From: Bugula neritina
Taxonomy: Eukaryota; Animalia; Bryozoa
Length of the DNA stretch: 21,272 bases
Assembly (NCBI GenBank): GCA_964035545.1
Contig: CAXIUT010000001.1
Location: 1 to 21,272, forward strand
Direction of reading: 5' to 3'
Under the pieces are notes generated by a model. It was not told the origin of the DNA and did not search any database. It worked only from the letters and a program-made list of their open reading frames with translations. The translations under genes were made by a program, and so were the position numbers. This document shows positions 15,181-21,272 of this stretch, piece after piece (position 1 is the first letter of the stretch; every line of letters starts with the position of its first letter).

Positions 15181-16575
15181 TCAACTAGAAACAAGTCCAG
15201 ATGGCATAGTACTTGTTATTGTCTGTAAAATCTGGAAACCTAACTCTTCAGCTGGAATACCGAATTGCACCAATTTGGCCTCATAAACTCTAATAGCATC
15301 ATTATATGCCTTAGTCGCATGATGAATACTATACTTCAAGTTCTTTATATTTTGATTCTTGCTTTCAATTGACTCCTTCACCTTATTCCTGATGTCTTAG
15401 ACTAAGTTGCCCTCAAGAGCTGAGTTCTGAATCAACTGATGTAGTTGAGCCTACTTCTGTTCTAACTGTTCGATCTCAGTCTCAAGTTTACGAGTCAAAA
15501 CAACATTATGTAGCTAAGCATGTTTCTTCACCTCACTTGTTAGCTTTTCAAATTTATTTTTCAAATCTTTCTTATCAAGAACCACCTTATCATATTTCTC
15601 ACTCAACTAGATAAATTCCTTATCCAATCTGATAACTTTATCTTTAATCGATATCAATTTGCTTTTATAATTTTCTCTACTCATTTTATGTTTTTAAAAC
15701 TGTCTCAGAAGTGATTTCAACTTATCTCTTTCAAGTCCATCTCTTTTAAGAGGCTCCTTGAGTTAGTTATTAGCATTTCTCAACTAAAATATTTTCTTCT
15801 TATTTTTCTATGACTCATCATTTATCCTTTTGATTTCTCCTCGATGTTCTTTGATCAACTTGATATTATCCCTTGTTATCTAATTATAATAATTTTTCAA
15901 TTCAGCAAAAGCCTCCTCATGATTCTTCATCAATTAGTTAATATGTAAGTTTTTTCTTTATTCCAACTCATGAATTTATACTCTCAATTTTAGCTAAAGT
16001 TCTTCTTTCATTTTCGATAACTTAGATTCATATCCTTTTTCCATTTCTCCTAATTGAGCATCATGATCAACAACCATATACTGTTCTTTTTTTTTATGAT
16101 CCTGTTCAGTGATCTCAGTCTGTTCAATATCAGTCTTTTCTTAATCAATCAATTCTTTTTTCAAAGTTTGTTTTTTCTTTTTCATATCCTTCATTCTATC
16201 TTAATAATATTTATTTTCCTTAACTTTGGCTCCATCTCCATCTCCTTCAATATTCATATTAGCCTTTTCCTGCTAATATTCCAACAACTTCAATTTTTGC
16301 AAAAAGACCTTCACCTCAGTATTATGATTCTGCTGCATATTCTACCCCTCTGTCTACTTATTAAGAATCTATGTATGCAACTCCTGGATCTCTAACTCAG
16401 TATTATGATAAAACTGTTAAACCATATCTCTATCCATTTGAATATAGTTTCTTTTTGATTTTATTTCGCTCACCTTCTACTTAAACAACTTCAAATTGCC
16501 CTCCAATTCAGGTGCTATCATCTTCATAAACTAGTCATCCGGCTACTCCTACTTCTTCACACGCTTAGGACCCAT
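15181..16575 (-). CDS. GAS8: Dynein regulatory complex subunit 4 (GAS8/trypanin)
   Basis: RNYIQMDRD, HNTEVKVFLQK, EERKNLHINELMKNHEEAF.ELKNYYN and KAYND..FGIPAEELGF motifs. 1395 nt, no intron needed. Confidence 0.92.
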
Positions 16576-16786
16576 CTCTTTATTAATTATGCAACTTATC
16601 AATATCAATCACTCACTACTATTATTATCCATCTTAAACCAACTTAAATACTATTATCAAATCATCCATCTCTTCTAAGATCAGATTAGTCAAGATAACA
16701 AAGAGATGATGTAAAAGATGATACAGTCAGATAGTATCAGATAGATTGAAATTGATATTGATTATGTTGTCAGATATAGTACCTTA

Positions 16787-16858
16787 TCCACGGTCGTTCA
16801 ATGGTTAGGACATCGGACTCTAAATCCGAGAACCAGGGTTCGATTCCCTGTCGAGGAG
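16787..16858 (+). tRNA. tRNA with anticodon CUA (reads UAG), tRNA-Glu-type body
   Basis: Cloverleaf: acceptor TCCACGG/TCGAGGA, D arm GTTC..GGAC, anticodon arm TCGGA-CT-CTA-AA-TCCGA (anticodon 16820-16822), T arm CAGGG-TTCGATT-CCCTG, discriminator G. Confidence 0.95.
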
Positions 16859-16865
16859 TTTTTTT
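16859..16865 (+). terminator. RNA polymerase III oligo-T terminator
   Basis: T7 run immediately after the tRNA. Confidence 0.8.
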
Positions 16866-16904
16866 ATATTATTATTATCATTTATATCATTCATTTCATA
16901 GATA

Positions 16905-19229
16905 TCATATTTATATGTCATCTTCAATCTGTCGAATAGAACTGCCATCAGTTGACAACCCATCTCCCACCTTAAACAATGGATTAATTATTCGAGGTAT
17001 CTCTCCATCTTTGCCATAAATAGGAAAGTTAATCAAAGAGTCCTAAATAACATCAATAATACCATATTTTGAGGCCAATCAACCGATAAACTATTTTTCT
17101 TAGCATCATTTTTAGGTTTAATAATATAGTCACCAACAATAGCATTAACAATTCCATGCCCACCAGAAGTACCAGGCAACCAAGCAGCAATCACAGCATT
17201 CGACAAACCCAACAACTCATCAATAAGCATAGGTCTCCCAGACAAAAGAACGCTCACTACTGATATTTTTTAATCAACTTCTCTGATAGTATTGATAACT
17301 TCTTTATCATAGGATGATATTTACACTTTAAGACTAGTCAGTTGAACAGCAGGAGCATAAGGATTGATAAAAGGGAAATACAGACATCCCTACTTACCTG
17401 CAGGATGGCATTCAGGAATATTAACATCGCCATCAGATTCAGCATAAGGAAACTATCCAAATGAGCCAATAATAATTGTATTTCTAGAATTCATATTGGC
17501 TCGTTTTGATTTAAGTTGACTTATAAATTTATTTCTCTACTGGTTTATAGCCACAGAATCGATAAAAGTTGAATAATCAGCATAGAGTAATTAAAAGTTA
17601 TTTTATTTTTGTAGATCTTTCAAAGCATCCAAAATAGAAGATGCATTTGTTTTTGTTTTAGCATCTCCTGTCCAAAATTTCATTGCCCTCAGCTCCCTGC
17701 CATCTAACTGACCATCCTCCAGCCTGCATGCCTATGTTGTCAAAACTTCTAAACAAACGAATTGTTGTCAATCTGTTGATATTTATTATCTTCTAGCCGA
17801 CTAATATTACATATTTTATTGATGATTTTAGGTTGCTTGCAGGTAAGAAGTTATTAGTATTTTTAAGCAAAACCAATGATTACTGAACTGCAGTTAGACT
17901 GTCTTGGTATTCATTGCCTGATGATGATCGAGGAAGAGATACCGATTATTCAGGACTAGCAATAGGTTAGTATTTGTTATCACTGTTTTGTTTCTAGACC
18001 AATCCCATCGCCATCTTCACAGCTAGAATTCGAGTAGTAGCTTCAACAAATCTACTTCTAGGAGCAAAACCTTTACTTTGCATCTTTTTACCATGTTCAA
18101 ATATCCTCTGAACAATCGATAAATCAGATACCATAAACATATCAACTCCACTGTTAACCATAGCAGCATAACCTTCCTCCTATTTCTCAAAATGCATAAA
18201 AGTACGAGGAATGGTCCTTGTATTCATCCTAGTCACATCATCGTAATCAGATATCACGAAACCGTTGAATTTAATGTCTTCTCGCAGTAGACCCAATAAA
18301 TACTGACTGTTTATGGCAGATGGAATCCAGTTTATACCACTATATGAGGCCATTACGGATCCAATATTCTATTTTGCACTACCAATATATCCTTGAATGT
18401 TGTGAGGCAAGTAGCTTTTAAAACTCTGAACATTAGCTGTTCCCTAGTTGGTTCCTGACTGAGTAGATCCATCACCGAAAAAGTGTTTTACACTTCCTAA
18501 AATTCCATTGATCTTGTTATTTTTAACATCCTGCAGTCCTCTTGTATAAGCTGCAGCATATTTTTAGATATTTCCATCTTGTCCCATAGTTTCATAGTAT
18601 CTGCCCCACTGAGGATTATGACTCACAGCCACAGTAGGAGCAAAAGCATAATTAAAACCAACTTTCTTCACTCCTTCTTTAGTCCAATATCCCACATTCT
18701 AAAAGTTATCTTCGTTATGAGAACAAGATAACCCAATATTATGAGGAAATAAAATAGTTCCAATCGTATGCTGATCTCCATGAACAGCATCTGTCCCCAA
18801 TAAAAATTTTAACTTGTATTTCGTATTGTCTTTAGTGGTCACTGGGATTCCTTCTTGCACAAATCTGTCAGTAAACTTCTTCCAATTAGTCACGTTGCCC
18901 TTTCTAAAAACATCCATATGTTGCGAATAATCAGCAGTCGATGGTATTCTTGCAAGATTGCCATCTTCTGTAGGAGCAGCATTTCCATTAATAAGAAGAG
19001 AACCTAATTACATTTTGACTGCATCTTCAGGACGAGTCGATTGAGTGTCTTCGTTGGATATAACTTTGAAATCAGCTTGAATCATCTGTCCGATCAGTTG
19101 AGTATCAGTCATAGATTAGGCTATCTTTCTTGATTACTAATAGTACTGACTAAAGATATCAGTTTGAGCATGAACAAGAGTCAGCAGCAGACACAAAATC
19201 ATACAGTTGAGGATGTCAGATATTTTCAT
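16905..19229 (-). CDS. Secreted glycoside hydrolase family 3 beta-glucosidase / glucan exohydrolase
   Basis: Signal peptide, IGQMIQ, GTDAVHG, FPHNIGL, PQWGRYYE, VKHFFGDG, GFVISDY (nucleophile Asp), PYAESDGD and AAWLPGT. 20-nt intron at 17043-17062. One extra base near 17674-17680. Confidence 0.92.
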
Positions 19230-19622
19230 TAAAAATAATAATATGTCATTAAAAATCCTATTTGTTCCTAACATTACCTAATATATTTAAAATAATATTA
19301 GAAAGCTAAAAGAATGAAAGCATATTTCTCACTATAGGCTTATTCTTAATTAGCCATCATTTTAATCCTTTAATAGATTCCATTAAAATAAGTTTATCAA
19401 ATTTTATATTTCAAGTTCTTATCTCTCGACTAATTCATAATTTACTATCTAAAAAAGAGTAAATTCATAAAATAGACAACCAAATAATTATTTATATAAA
19501 CCAAGCAAATGAACAGTTTACTTGTAAAATCTCAAAAAAATCATGCAATGATGTTAAAAAATATGATAATTAATGAGTTAAATCATAAACTATAGTATAA
19601 AAAATGATTAATAATGATTCAA

Positions 19623-19685
19623 GGGGTTGGGGTTGGGGTTGGGGTTGGGGTTGGGGTTGGGGTTGGGGTTGGGGTTGGGGTTGGG
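19623..19685 (+). repeat. Telomeric (GGGGTT)n tract
   Basis: Perfect G4T2 array. Confidence 0.95.
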
Positions 19686-19740
19686 ATATGAATAATACAG
19701 TTAATTGAAAGTGTTATGTTTTATTTTATTAATCCCCTAA

Positions 19741-21272
19741 ATGTTAGCAAACAAAAATTATTTCCTCTGCCGCGACAAATAAACAAACCAAATAAACTGC
19801 TCCAACTGCCTTCTCTCAATCCAAAAATAAATGTACATATGCAGTCAATGCATAACAATCGTATGCTGGACCTGCATCCAAAAACATCAATGTCCAGCAC
19901 CCCAAAACAACAACTAACCTCCAAACAACACAGACAGTAAAGACATAAATGGATTTTAGTAGACAGCTCAAATAACAAGAGTCGACATGATAACACCAAA
20001 AACAATGAAAATGCACTGCTAGAGATGTAACTATAAACTAGCTGATAAGAAATGTCTCAAATGCAAGATAAGTTGCTACTGCTTATCTTGTTTCAAACAA
20101 ATACATTCATCAAGTAAAACTAGCAATCACTAATCAATCGATATCGGGAATAAAGTATAAAATTATGAGAAAAGAAATAAAGTCAATGGATTTTTAAATA
20201 CCTATCATGCAAAAAAATGGGATAGTAATAAATTGTCATAAGCAAGCTACTTTAATCAAAATAATATCGTAATTAAAAATTAGAATAATAATCAAAATAA
20301 AAATATAAATAAAAATACCAAAAAACAAACATAAGAAATAAAAACTAATATTGTATTACTATAATCATATAAAAAGTAAATATAAGAATAAAAAATAATA
20401 ATTAGAAATAATTCATAAGAATCTTTATCAAAAATATAACAATAGTTAGAAGGGCTTATTTAGACGATCAAATTAAAATTAATAGAAATTAATACTAATA
20501 TTAAATAGAGGCAATAAAATGATATTAAGTAGTGCTAAAATATTATCAAAAATATCAATCAAAGTTCTGTTATTTATCAACAAATTAATCTCATTATTTA
20601 GAATTAGTTTTATAATTAAAATTGGGAAAATAAAGTTATATAGAAATTAGAGGAATAAAATTAAAAAGTTTTTAATATCAAAAAAAATAAAGATTATCTT
20701 AATAAAAAATCATCACAAAAAATAACAGATATCTTCTATTAAAATAATGATAAAATCAATTAGATGATCAAAAAAATCGATATCAAAACCATACAACCAC
20801 CACCTTAGTTAGATAAAAGTATATCTATTGTTCTAAGTACACCCAAAAAACTCAATAAAAGTCATATTTAGATCAATAAAAGTCACATAGAAATCAATAA
20901 AAAAAAATCATAAATGAAAAGTTCAAAAGCTTCAAGCAATCTCAGTAACTACAGATCAATGGATAGACTCCCACCTATGTCCATGTTCTAACTACCCTCC
21001 ACAGGAAAAGCAGCCATGAAAAAGTCAATAGTTTTATCAAAAAATGGAGATAAATAGTCTCTCAACCAAACTGTTCACTGCGGCCATATTGCTACTCAAG
21101 CAGATGAGCCAAATTTAAAATAAAGCCATGATGTATAACTAGGCTACACAACGAAGCGAAGATACAACCCTTAGTTCAAAAAATAATAAATAAACGTGAA
21201 AGAACTTCTCTCTAAGACAACACTTCAAAAATCAGCCATCCAACCACGCAGAGCAGGAACAACCAAAAACAG
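19741..21272 (+). CDS. B-box zinc finger + coiled-coil protein (partial, runs off the window)
   Basis: TGA-free frame of more than 1.5 kb. Cys/His clusters CSNC..CSQC..CWTC..H and CERC..CLKC..CLSCFKQIH..H, then an E/K/I/N-rich coiled coil. Confidence 0.8.

Noticed and set aside
16801-17019. 72-aa ORF
   Set aside because: It overlaps the tRNA and the antisense strand of the GH3 3' end.
9690-19685. Telomere-bearing transposon, CRISPR-like array or other mobile element bounded by the repeats
   Set aside because: The tracts are all co-oriented, with no inverted termini, target duplications or transposase/RT gene. The intervening DNA is ordinary host genes.

Overview
Ciliate macronuclear DNA, AT-rich and gene-dense, with C4A2/G4T2 telomeric repeats. 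The supplied ORF track misses most genes because TAA and TAG are sense codons here. Both fall on conserved Glu positions (peritrich-type code, NCBI table 30), and TGA is the only stop. Re-translated by hand, the window holds about 17 protein genes: a protein tyrosine phosphatase, beta-tubulin, a DBF-type zinc finger protein, RRP4, a COPI-associated/TVP15-like protein, a TTLL9-like glutamylase, a spartin/senescence-domain protein, a C2-domain membrane protein, an FKBP-TPR-like protein, GAS8/DRC4, a GH3 beta-glucosidase, a B-box protein and several hypotheticals. It also holds a tRNA with anticodon CUA on a tRNA-Glu-type body. Introns are almost all exactly 20 nt (GTA-N11-A-N3-AG) with an invariant A at -6, and all 15 inferred stops read TGA-T. 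Bases 1-9763 look like a complete telomere-to-telomere ~9.8 kb minichromosome. Three more fragments follow, each joined behind a G4T2 tract, probably as amplification or assembly chimeras. Several single-base indels in homopolymers suggest an unpolished read. All product calls are from recalled motifs, not database searches.
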